Origin: Dendrobates tinctorius
Taxonomy: Eukaryota
Reading direction: 5' to 3'
DNA: 64,000 nt
Assembly: GCF_039654945.1 (NCBI RefSeq)
Contig: NW_027361696.1
Location: 46,686,001-46,750,000, forward strand
The first letter of the stretch is position 1, and each line of letters starts with the position of its first letter. Shown here piece after piece: positions 47,960 through 59,371 of the stretch. Under the pieces are notes generated by a model. It made no database searches and was not told the origin of the DNA. It saw only the letters and a list, made by a program, of their open reading frames with translations. Both the position numbers and the translations under genes were made by a program.

Positions 47960-49660
47960 TAGTGATGGGCAAGCACTAAAATGCTTGGTTGCTCGTTGCT
48001 GGGGTCGAATAAATTGGAAAACTCAGGTACTCGGACAGAACAACGAGGCCAATGTAAGTCTATGGGAGACACAAGCATTTTTACCGAGATCCCCCGGGGG
48101 TCCTTTAAAGGTCTAAAAACGTCTGAAAATGATGGAAACACTGATCAATGACACGGGCACATCAAGGGGATCGCCCCTGGAAGCATTCCTGACTCCTATT
48201 TCACAGATTTAAACAATTTTTTCAGAGTCTCATGCCATTTTTACCGGGGCACCAAAAAACATACCAAAACGAAACCAAAACGGATTTTGCTGGGAAATGT
48301 GTAAAGATACATCCTTTCCAGGTTAATGACTTGCATATAAGGCAAAATAATTAACCTCAGACCAAAATGTTCCTCCCCACTTGAGGTATGTTCAGGTGCA
48401 GAGTTTTTGAAGCGTTTTTCAACTTTATCACTGCTTTCAACCATTACAAATGCATTTACTTGGAAATATCACTGTAACATTTAACAACCATAGTTGGCCA
48501 TGTGGTGTGTGACACATAAGCAGACACATCTTGTTTCATTTATGAAGGAGGGACACTTGAAGTCACAGAGCTTATTTTACTGGGGCATCAGGTGGCATTA
48601 ATCTTCTTAAAGGGCCATAATTAAACAGTGGGTCTCCTAAATTGTTATTGTCTATGCAGTGAGTGCATGGACTGCCAAGAATTATGACGCACCACAATAC
48701 CCCTTTCACGAGAGGTACAGGAGAGCTCCCAGAAAAAATGTTGCATTGAATGCAATGCCTAGCTTGCCCCAATGTTACATGCACCCCAATAAGCTTTTTC
48801 AAGACACGTACTTGATGGGCACAGGAAAATCCACTTCACATTATTCATTTTGTACTCCCATTCTGTTTTCTTATGAATTGACAGCAAGGCCTGCCCTGCT
48901 ACCAAGTCATATGCACACCAATAAGCCTTTGAACCCACATACTGGATGGGCACAGGAAAATCCACTTCACATTATTCATTTTGTACTCCCATTCTGTTTT
49001 CTTTGGCATTAACAGCAAGGCTTGCCCTGCTACCAAGTCATATACACACCAATAAGTCTTTGAACCCACATACTGGATGGGCACAGGGAAATCCACTTAA
49101 CATTATTTATTTTGATCTCCCATTCTGTTTTCTTATGCATTGACTGCAAGGCCTGCCCTGCTGCAAAGTCATCTGCACCCCAATATGCCTTTGAACCTAG
49201 GTACTGGAAGGGCACAGGAAAATCCACTTCACATTATTCATTTTGTACTCCCATTCTGTTTTCTTATGCATTGACTGCAAGGCCTGCCCTGCTACCAAGT
49301 CATATGCACCCCAATAACCCCAATCCCCCTTGGAAGAAACATGTAGGAGGGCCTCTTAACAAAAAATGTCCCATTAAAAAGGAGCGGGTTTCCTAGACTT
49401 CTAATAGCCTTACACTAAGTGTATTGGGCTGACAAACATTTTTCCATGTGGGGTACATCTCAACCTTTTCCTTAACAAGTATTTAACGCCCAGCAAAACC
49501 CCCACCCTTGTTAGGATTTCAACACTGGCTGTAGCAGCATGGAACACGTTAACTCTGGTGATCTAGTGGTGGCGAATGATGAGACTTGGAGGAAAGCCTG
49601 GTTAAAAACTATGGCAAATTTAAAGGAACGGGTCTCCTAGACTAGGAATTCCCATACACT
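47960..49660. mobile_element. End portion of another hAT-like element
   Basis: Starts TAGTGATGGGC. Segment 48500-49660 is homologous to about 56107-57520. Confidence 0.6.
48770..49315. repeat. 131-bp minisatellite (~4 units)
   Basis: GGGCACAGGAAAATCCACTTCACATTATTC recurs with a period of about 131 bp. Confidence 0.9.
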
Positions 49661-50099
49661 AGTGGTCACGCTTCTTCTGCATCCAAACACTTTATTTCTC
49701 AGCATCAAAGAAGCACTGAATTTTTTCAAGTTACTGGTATTGAAAGAATGATGTGCAACATGAGAGGTGGCGACTTAAAAAACGCCTTACGACACGTGAA
49801 GCGCACTGGATTTTTTACTTGAATACATGTTTTCCCGACTGACTAAATGCCAGAAAATAAATTATGTTTCATTATTAATGTTTATCATATGTATTAATTT
49901 TTTGATATGCGTCTATATGTTTATATTTAAGTTTGCATTATTATAATTTTCTGTTTTATTTGCTCTTTTGTGCATTTTGTTTTTTTTTTCCTTTACATTT
50001 TGTCTTCCTTTCCACCCTCCCTTTTTTTCGCTTCCTTCCTTTTTTTTTCTCCCTTTCGAACACCATGTGATTTGTATTTGATCTTATTGGGGGTAATGG

Positions 50100-51160
50100 A
50101 CATAAAGTGTGGTAACATAAATGGGAAGCAGCTCTGAAAAAGAACAAGGTTTTTGTTCGAAACGCGTAGCCTATTTGTTACGCATGTAAATTTTAGTGTT
50201 TCTGGACTATATTTTATACAATAAATTGTTGTGAAACTGGACCTTTATTCCACTTTGTTCTTACTACTACGTGATGACTACACGTGGTCCGTGCTTCCCG
50301 CAATACATGCCGATAGGTGAGCTGGCTATCTTTTTCCTTTTATACTGAGTTTCACAGTTTTTATTGCCGTGCACACCGAGAGCTGTTTTATATTAATGTA
50401 GAAAAATAATTTTCTCTTGCATGCTCATATTAGCTCTTTGGCATTGTGTTTGTGTTAAGTCCTACAGTATTTTTTTTTAAATATGGATACAAGTCTAGAA
50501 AGAGCACGCAAGGTGGCTCAATTATTTACAACTGACTGACCCACTTCTGTTGGTAGTTCTGCATCTGATCCTTTTTTAATGGACGTCAAGAAATTGAAAA
50601 AAATGATGGTTAACGAAACTAAAGTTTTCACAACTTTGGAAAATTATGTCCATGAAAATTTGATTCTGAGAGGATTGCGGCTTAAAAAAATTCCTACCAC
50701 CATTTACTCTCAGGACTTTGTTAAAGAATGGAATTGTATTTTAAGCAGCTGCTCTATACAGCTAAAGCAATTAATTATGAAATATGAGTCCACCAAACTA
50801 AAAGATGTTCAATCTGAAATTAATCAGATTAAAATTACTTTGGAGACAAATAATAGTGCCAAATACCAAGAGGAACTTTTGAATATAAAAAAAATCTGTC
50901 TCCAAGTTAGAGGAAACTATTATAGATCGCAAGCGCAATAAGTTTCAGTTCGACTTGGGAGATTACCAGATGGATCAAGTGTATGAATGGGGGAGATGGC
51001 AAAAAACATCAAAAGTTCCTCACCCCATTTTAAAAAACGCAACCATAGTTCCTCTGATGTAGCTAAACGGCGGGTCTCCTTTAGCTTCTCAGATGTGGAT
51101 TCCTTTGACATCAGTTCTAATGAAATTCAAAATGATGTCAGTATGAACAGCATGAGTAAA
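50100..51160 (+). mobile_element. Penelope-like element 5' part (pLTR-like region and decayed N-terminal ORF)
   Basis: TTLENYVHENLILRGLRLKKIPT...FVKEWNCILSSCSIQL resembles the vertebrate PLE N-terminal domain. CTGA...GAAACGCGT motif at 50134-50167 and donor-like AGGTGAGC at about 50315. Confidence 0.7.
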
Positions 51161-51595
51161 AGCCCCGTTACACATAACGATGTCCCAGCGATCCCACCAA
51201 CGATCCGACATGGATGGGATCGCTGGGACATCGTTAGGCTGATCACTGGTGAGCTGTCACATAGACAGCCCCTCCAGCAATCAGGACCAGCGAGCAAGCT
51301 GGTTTCCAATGTAAACAGCGGGTATCTAAGAGCCGCGCAGCTATTGGATACCCGCTGTTTACATTGGAAACCAGCGTCCAGTGTCACTGATCGCTGGTCT
51401 CTCGCTGCCACACGCAGCCACATGCAGCCACACTCGCAGCGATGCGTGCTGGCCAGTGGGAGACCAACGATCAAAAAACGGCCCAGGACGATGGAGCACG
51501 ATCAGCGATACTCGGCAGGGGGGTCGGTCGCTGATCCAGGTCACACACAGCGATGTCACTGGCGAGATCACTGTGGCGTCACAAAATCAGCAATC
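51161..51595. mobile_element. Harbinger-type MITE, right end lost
   Basis: Reverse-complement homolog of 36451-36897. Confidence 0.8.
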
Positions 51596-52074
51596 ACGAG
51601 CATTACAGAGCCCGAAGGGCATCACCAGGTATTCATAGTGCCCGTCCCTGGTGTTAAATGCTGTCTTCCATTTTGGAAACAAATTTTGGAAACAAATTTT
51701 TTTTGTTAGGAAGTTATAAGGGTTAAAAGTTGACTAGCAATTTCTCATTTTTACAACAAAATTTACAAAACCATTTTTTTTAGGGACCACCTCACATTTG
51801 AAGTCACTTTGAGGGGTCTATATGGCAGAAAATACCCAAAAGTGACACCATTAGTGTTGAGCTTTCCGATACCGCAAGTATCGGGTATCGGCCGATATTT
51901 GCCGTATCGGAATTCCGATACCGAGTACCGATACTTTTTTCGTATCGGATACCGGAATCGGAAGTCCAAAATACAATGAGCCACTTTTGTGGCTCTGATT
52001 GGCTGCCGAAATGACGTCATCATGATGCGCTGTCTGTGCGCATCATGATGCGCCGTCAGTTCGGGCCTTCGGGG

Positions 52075-52342
52075 GGGCTGTGCCGACTGTCCGGGGGTCT
52101 GTGCTGGCCTGCCGGTGGTCTGTGCAGGCTCCGGGGGTCTGTGCCGGCCTGCCGGTGGTCTGTGCATTCTCCGGGGGTCTGTGCCGGCCTGCCGGGGGGG
52201 CTGTGCCGGCCTGCCGGTGGTCTGTGCAGGCTCCGGGGGGCTGTGCCGGCCTGCCGGGGGGCTGTGCCGGCCTGCCGGTGGTCTGTGCAGGCTCCGGGGG
52301 GCTGTGCCGGCCTGCCGGTGGTCTGTGCAGGCTCCGGGGGTC
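52075..52342. repeat. GC-rich 20/40-bp minisatellite
   Basis: GGGGGCTGTGCCGGCCTGCCGG and TGGTCTGTGCAGGCTCCG units. Confidence 0.9.
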
Positions 52343-52344
52343 TG

Positions 52345-54593
52345 AGGCAGATGTCCTTCATAGAGGCCCACTCAATGGTGCTGAAGTGTGAACGGCGCAC
52401 AGTGCGACTTGTTTGCGCCTGATGCAGCTGGTACTCCATGACTGCTGCCTGCTGCTCACACAACCGCTCCAACATATGTAACGTTGAATTCCACCGGGTG
52501 GGTAGGTCACATATGATGCGATGTTCCGGAAGGCCAAATCATCGCTGCAGAGCAGCGAGGCGCGATCTTGCCGTGCTGGAACGCCGCAAGTGAGCGCACT
52601 CTATGCGGACCTTGTGCAACAGTGCATCAAGATCCGGATAGTCCCTCAGAAAGCTCTGCACGACCAAGTTAAGCACATGTGCCAGACATGGGATGTGTGT
52701 GAGGTTGCCTAGGCCAAGAGCTGCCACCAGATTTCGGCCATTGTCACACACTACCAAGCCCGGCTGGAGATTCGCTGGCCCAAACCACACATCGCTCTCC
52801 AGCTTGATAGCATTCCAGAGCTCCTGCGCTGTGTGGCTTCGATTCCCCAAAGAAATTAATTTGAGTACAGCCTGTTGACGTTTGGCCACGGCTGTACTCA
52901 TATCGGTCGTAACAGGCTCCTGCTCTGCTGTTTCTGAGGAACTTGAGTAGGAGGAGGAGTCTATGTGTACAGACTGGAGTCCTGCAATCCGTGGCGTTGG
53001 AAGAACACGTACAGCGCCACTCTCCAGATCTGTACCCGGCTCCACAACATTGACCCAGTGGGCAGTGAGGGAAAGGTATCGTCCCTGTCCATGGTTACTG
53101 GTCCACGCATCGGTGGTCAGGTGGACCTTGCTACTAACGGCGTTTAGTAGCGCATGTTTTATTTTGCCCTCAACATGTTTCTGCAGGGCAGGGACGGCTC
53201 GCCTGCTGAAATAAAAGCGGCTGGGCACGTTGTATTGGGGGACTGCCAATGCCATTAAGTCCCGGAAGGTGTCAGTGTCCACCAGCCTGAATGACAGCAT
53301 TTCAACTGCCAGAAGTTTGGCAATGCCAGCATTCAGAGACTGTGCTCGGGGATGGTTTGCCGAGTAAGGGCGCCTTTTATCCCATGCCTGTGCTACCGAT
53401 GGCTGTGATGGATGGGAACGTGCTGCTATGGGTGGAATCTGACAGGGTCTCCGAACAACAGTGGCAGAGGTTCTTCCTTGGCGATCCTGTGAGGAAGCCG
53501 AACCAGCAGTGCGTGAGCTGGAGGAAGAGGCCCCAACACGAACTGAAGAGGTGGTAGGTGGTGCTGTACGTTGGCCTACGTCTTCAGGGTGTCTCTGCAA
53601 CTCCAACTCGTGCTTGGTGCGCACATGTTTCCACATATTTGTGGTATTGAGGTTGCTGACATTTCTCCCTCTTTTGACTATCTGATGACACAGCTTGCAT
53701 TTGACAAAGCAAATGTCATCTGCAACTGTGTCAAAAAAGGACCACGCACTGCAACTCTTGGGAGCGCCCGTTTTGCCTTTGGAATGAGGAATGCTCCTAA
53801 CGGGTGCCGAAGTGGAGGGTACAGGCAACCAAGTCTTCCCCCTCCCTCTGCCTCCTGTTTTGGCCGGTAGGGGAATCTCTTCCTCCGAGCTGCTCCCACC
53901 ACCTTCCTGTTCCTCACGCCATGATGGGTCAAGGACCTCATCATCTTCCCTCCCCTCCTCAAACAGCTGCTTCTCCGGGGTTGTCTCGCCAGCACCGTAC
54001 GCACCAGAAAGTGGCAACTGAGTCTCGTCATCATCTGATGCGTACTGAGGTGTGCTGACCATAGGCACTGGCCCACTCGCCTCTTCAGATTCAGAGGGAC
54101 AAAGAAGCTGCACATCACTGCATACTCCCTCTTCTTCACATTCAGGAATGCTGCTTGGCTGGCCCCCTCTTTCCAAGCCAACAGATTCTGAGAACAGAAG
54201 TAGAGACTGTGATGGCTCCTGTCCATGTCTCTCTGACGGCCTGGGCACTTTGGCAGGTGGTGAAGAGACAGATGGTTGCTCTTTGGTGCTATGGCCCTGA
54301 GAGGATGTGGAAATAATTGAAGTCGATGTGTTAGCTGCCATCCATCCGACAACAGCTTCAATTTGTTCCTCCCGCAGCAGTGGGGTACGTTGAGGTCCTA
54401 CAAAGCTGCGCATAAAGGACTGTTGCCTGATAAAACTGGGGGATGCTGACTCACTGGTGCCCGCAGCAGGCCCAGAATCCCCACGTCCTCTACCTGCAGA
54501 ATCCCCACGTCCTCTCCCTGCAGAATCCCCACGTCCTCTCCCTGCTGAAACTCCACGCCCACGCCCACGCGCCTTACTCCCTGCCTTCTTCAT
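52345..54593 (-). pseudogene. hAT transposase copy 2: open for ~685 codons, then an in-frame TGA and truncation
   Basis: MKKAGSKARGRGRG..., BED finger, VHLTTDAWTS, CDNGRN, CLAHVLNL. TGA at 52539-41, then PTRWNST...KDICL before joining the minisatellite. Confidence 0.92.
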
Positions 54594-55814
54594 CTTGCCA
54601 GACTGCTTAAGATAGGCAGAAAAGTACAAAGGGGGGCCTTAGTGTGCTTATTCCTGAACAGCTGGTTACAGGTACAAGAAACACTAATTTTATGAAGTGT
54701 GTGTGTGTGGACTACACTTTAATAGGAGCTGATGTGGCCTACACAAGTTCCAAATGTAGTGTTTGGTGAACTTTTTTTGTGGTTTCTTTGTTGGAAACAA
54801 ACTCAAAGTATGTGAACAAAGAATTGAAACTGATAGTATCACCAACTTTTTGGAGCTATTACAATGCAGGCAGGTAACCTACAATGCAAAAGATGAGGCT
54901 CCAAAAAAATTGGGTAATACTAATCTGGCTGCGCCGGCAGGGCACAAGCCAGAAAAAAAGGCTCCTCTATCTACTCCTATATAGTGTTTGCAACCAACCA
55001 ATGTTGATGGATACGGATGGATGCACACTAATAGGAGAAGAAAAAATGAGCTGCACTCAAAGACAAATATGTGTGAGGCAGTGACGCACGTTGAGCGTCC
55101 TACAACCAGACGTAGCTGCAGGACACTCTACTCTGCGTGAGCTGCACTCACACACAGTCAGAGACCGTGTGCTAAGTGGGCACTGGCACTGACAGGCTGC
55201 AGAAAGGCTCCGCTGTGTACTCCTATATAGTGTTTGCAACCACCGTAGATGGAGACGGATGGATGCACACTAATAGAAGAAAAAATGAGCTGCAATAAAA
55301 GAAAAATGTGTGAGGCAGTGACACGCTGAGCATCCTACAACCAGACATAGCTGCAGGACACACTACTCAGCGTGAGCTGCACTCACACACAGTCAGAGAC
55401 CTCTCAGACAGCTGTGAACAGTGCAGCAAAGTGGACACTAGCACTGAAAGGCTGCAGAAAGGCTCCGAAGTCTACTACTAGTGTTTGCAACCAACATATA
55501 TGGATACGGATGGAAGCACACTAGATTGAAATTATGTAAAAAATGCAGCTCAAAAATTAAAAGATGTATGAGGCAGCAGTGATCACACTGGGTGGCCTAC
55601 AGCCTGACGTGGCTGCAGGACCCACTCCACAGCGTGAGCTGCACTCACACAGCCCTTGCAGACAGCTGTGAACACTGCTGCTAGGGCAAAGAAGGCTGCA
55701 GTGGTGGTTTATGTAGCCTGGGTAAAGCACTAGAGGTTTGGTGGAATCGCTATTTCTAACTGTCCCTCACTGTCTTCTACAGCAGCCTGTCCCTAACTGA
55801 ATTCACAGCAGAGT

Positions 55815-55880
55815 GAACCAGAAATGGCGGCTGCGGTGGCTTTTATAGTGCATCATGACATCATTTCGGCAGCCAATCAC
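55815..55880 (-). promoter_or_regulatory. Putative transposase promoter, copy 2 (CCAAT, TATAAAAG, GCCGCCATTT)
   Basis: Minus strand reads ATTGG...TATAAAAGCCACCGCAGCCGCCATTT. A pyrimidine tract/AG acceptor lies just before the ATG at 54593. Confidence 0.5.
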
Positions 55881-56369
55881 AGCCATGCCAATAGTTAACA
55901 TGCCTACATGCCTAACAGGATGTGCCCACACTTCGGAGGATTCCCATTGGCTTAATCAAAGCAAGCAGGCTCATAGCATGATGGGAACTTCCGATTCCGA
56001 TTCCGGAATCCGATATGACAAAAGTATCGGAAGTCAGTATCGGAATTCCGATACCGCTAATATCGGCCGATACCCGATACTTGCGGTATCGGAATGCTCA
56101 ACACTATGTGAGACACATAAGCAGACACATCTTGTTTCATATATGAAAGAGGAACAGTTGAAGTCACATAGCCTACTTTACTGGGGCATCAGGTGACATT
56201 AATCTTCTTAAAGGGCCATTATTAAACAGTGGGTCTCCTAAATTGTTATTGTCTATGCAGTGAGTGCATGGGCTGCCAAGAATTATGATGCACCGCAATA
56301 CCCCTTTCACGAGAGGTACAGGAGAGCTCCCAGAAAAAATGTTGCATTGAATGCAGGGCCTAGCTGGCC

Positions 56370-57180
56370 CCAATGTTACATGAACCCGAATAAGCTTTTT
56401 TAAGCCACGTACTGGATGGCCACCAGAAAATCCATTTCACATTATTCATTTTGTACTTCCATTCTGTTTTCTTATGCATTGACAGCAAGGTCTGCCCTGC
56501 TACTAAGTCATATGCACCCCAATCAGTCTTTGAACCCACATACTAGATGGGCACAGGAAAATCCACTTCAAATTATTCATTTTTTACTCCCATTCTGATT
56601 TCTTATGCATTGACAGCAAGGCCTGCCCTGCTACCAAGTCATATGCACTGCAATCAGCCTTTGAACCCACATACTAGATGGGCACAGGAAAATCCACTTC
56701 ACATTATTCATTTTGGTCTCCCATTCTGTTTTCTTATGCATTACCAGCAAGGCCTTCCCTGCTGCCAAGAGTTATGCACCCCAATAAGCCTTTGAACCCA
56801 CATACTGGATGGGCACAGGAATATCCACTTCACATTATTTATTTTTTACTCCCATTCTGATTTCTTATGCATTGACAGCAAGGCCTGCCTTGCTACCAAG
56901 TCATATTCACCCCAATAAGCCTTTAAACCCACATACTGGATGGGCACAGGGAAATCCAATTAACATTATTCATTTTGGCCTCCCATTCTGTTTTCTTATG
57001 CATTGACTGCAAGGTTTGCCCCGCTGCAAAGTCATCTGCACCCCAATATGCCTTTGAACCTTGGTACTGGATGGGCACAGGAAAATCCACTTCACATTTT
57101 TCATTTTGTACTCTCATTCTGTTTTCTTATGCATTAACTGCATGGCCTGCCCTGCTACCAAGTCATATGCACCCCAATAA
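56370..57180. repeat. 131-bp minisatellite (~6 units)
   Basis: ORF starts at 56416, 56547, 56678 and 56809 are spaced 131 apart. Same unit as 48770-49315. Confidence 0.9.
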
Positions 57181-58299
57181 CCCAAATCCCCCTTGGAAGA
57201 AACATGTAGGAGGGCCTGTTAACAAAAAATGTCCCATTAAAAAGGAGCGAGTCTCCTAGACTTCTAATAGCCATACACTAAGTGTATTGGGCTGACAAAC
57301 ATTTTCCCCTTTGGGGTACATCTCAACCTTTTCCTTAACAAGTATTTAACGCCCAGCAAAACCCCCACCCTTGTTAGGATTTCAACACTGGCTGTAGCAG
57401 CATGGAACACGTTAACACTGGTGATCTACTGGTGGCGAATGATGAGATGTAGAGGAATGCCTGATTAAAAACTATGGCCTATTTAAAGGAACGGGTCACC
57501 TAGACTTGGAATGCTCATACACTTAGTGTATGGGCTGTCAAACATTTTCCCCTGTGGGGTACACCTCTATCGACTTCAGAACAAGTATTTTACACACAGC
57601 ATAACCACCCACCCTTTTTAATAATTCGACACTGGCTGTAGCTGCACGGAACAAGTAAACCCTTTTGATCTAGTGGCGGTGGATGATGAGACTTGGAGGA
57701 AGGCCTGATTAAAAAATAGGGCCAATTTCTAGGAGAGGGTCTCATAGACTTATAATGCCCATACACTAATTGTGTTGGCTGTCAAGCATTTGCCACTGGG
57801 GATACATATCAACATAGTGTGGCTGTTTTTTTTGGGGGGGGCATCAGAAACACCTTGCAAAACGGTTTCATGCCAGTCATAAGATCAGTGCACCAGATGC
57901 GTATGTGAGACTCACCCTAAGAAATGCCCATCCAAAATATGTTGCTAAACAAGCATGCGTCTGTATAAAGGGAAAGGTGCAACATGTTATTAAAATGTTG
58001 AATTATAGAAAGCAGATAAGTGATGATGATGATGTTATTGATGACGACTTAGAAATTTTCCATATCCACACCAACAAGATGAAGATCACAGCTGCAAAAA
58101 ATGTTGCAAAAAGGCAGTGAATCTCTTGAAAACCATTTTCTCTAAGTCAAAGTTTACCTCTTAGTAAAGTGGTACAAAATGAGGCATACACAGCTCTCTG
58201 GTGTACTCAGCGTGAGATGCTTGACAGATGATACATTCTGATTTGTACATGTCCACCTTTTGAAAGCGAGCGGAAAAGAAGGATGATTATGGGGGAAGA

Positions 58300-58485
58300 C
58301 ATGTAATTTTGGTCAGTAAGGAGGTGAAGTCAGGTACAGATATGTAGATCTGTGTGTGATGATATTGCAAACTGTGCCCAGGCTGAAGGTGCAGATGGAG
58401 AAGAGTAGTGGTCCTAGAATGCAGGCTTGGGGAACAACGAAAGACAGGTGTCGAGGTGAGGAGGTGGCGTGGTAGAGGGGGACAA
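58300..58485 (-). pseudogene. L2/CR1-clade RT fragment
   Basis: VVPQACILGPLLFSICTFSLG is a degenerate GVPQGSILGPLLFS. Confidence 0.65.
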
Positions 58486-58489
58486 TGAA

Positions 58490-58889
58490 TGTCCCCCTAC
58501 CAGTCTTCTTGTTTTTTAAAGACTCTGCCAATAACCCCAAAAAGGACATTTGCACCACCAGTCATGAGTGCATCTGCAGGGGTAGTAAAACTACCAGCCT
58601 TACCACCACCAGCACTATCAGGCACATGGCAGCAAAGTAACAGACTATTTGTCAACACCAGGCTCCATGAACAGTGTCTGCGGGTGAAACCACTACTTCT
58701 TCCGCTGCTGTGCGTGCAAGCCAATCCCCTGTCCACGGTGCATGTGAAGAAGCCTCCTGCCCTGCACTTATCGTTCACCACAGTCAAATTGCACCATAAT
58801 CAAGCACATACACGTCCTTCTCCCAGCGCAGCCTTCAGTTGTCCACACCCTAGTCGTTGGACCATAAGCGGAAAGACACAGTGTCACAG
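58490..58889 (+). pseudogene. Old hAT transposase fossil, left of the Gypsy insertion
   Basis: KRKDTVSQ joins PMA at 62474 onward, matching the spacing of KRPYSANHPRA in the other hAT transposases. Confidence 0.5.
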
Positions 58890-59371
58890 TTTATGATGAT
58901 CCCGAAAGATTAGCTCTAGCAGAATCTAAAATCCGCGCCCTCCGTCAGGGGGAATGTATGGCGGAAGACTATTGCTCCGAATTACGCCGTTGGGCAGTAG
59001 ACACACAGTGGAACGACCCAGCGCTGCGGAGTCAGTTTATTCATGGGGTTTCAGGAAGAGTTAAACAGGCCCTCCTGATGTATGAGACTCCTGCATTGTT
59101 GGAGTCTGCCATGAGTTTGGTTATACGTATTAATCGCCGTTTGCGTCAGGGGGCACAGGAGACGCTACCCCTGGGGGAAAGCAGGGGTGCAAGTGTGGTT
59201 GCTGCAGGTGAGCCCACTGAACCTATGCAAATTGCGGGGGTGTCACAGGTTAAGCATCGCGTCCCTGGGTTCACGAAGCCCGGAGCATGTTTTTACTGTG
59301 GTAAAAGGAATCATTATGTTAACGCTTGTCCTGTGCTACCGAAGAAGGTCACACCGGCGGAAAACTACTAA
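58890..59371 (+). pseudogene. Gypsy gag, C-terminal part
   Basis: YDDP...AESKIRALRQG, WNDPALRSQFIHG, EPMQI and CFYCGKRNHYVNAC. Confidence 0.88.

Larger units (their letters stand above)
51852..56106 (-). mobile_element. hAT copy 2, chimeric and truncated
   Basis: TAGTGTTGAGC at 51852 and GCTCAACACTA ending at 56106. Flanks GACACCAT and TGTGAGAC do not match. Segment 52345-56106 is homologous to about 12842-16340. Confidence 0.88.

Noticed and set aside
48572-49396. Clusters of similar 60-117-aa ORFs, also at 56173-57259
   Set aside because: The 131-bp period is not a multiple of 3; non-coding minisatellite.
50987-51709. 240-aa ORF
   Set aside because: Chance read-through from a Penelope fragment into a MITE.
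51763-52475. Several overlapping 100-200-aa ORFs on both strands
   Set aside because: Stop-free GC-rich minisatellite.
52539-52541. Selenocysteine interpretation of the shared TGA
   Set aside because: The context suggests an Arg (CGA) position rather than Cys, and no SECIS was recognised.
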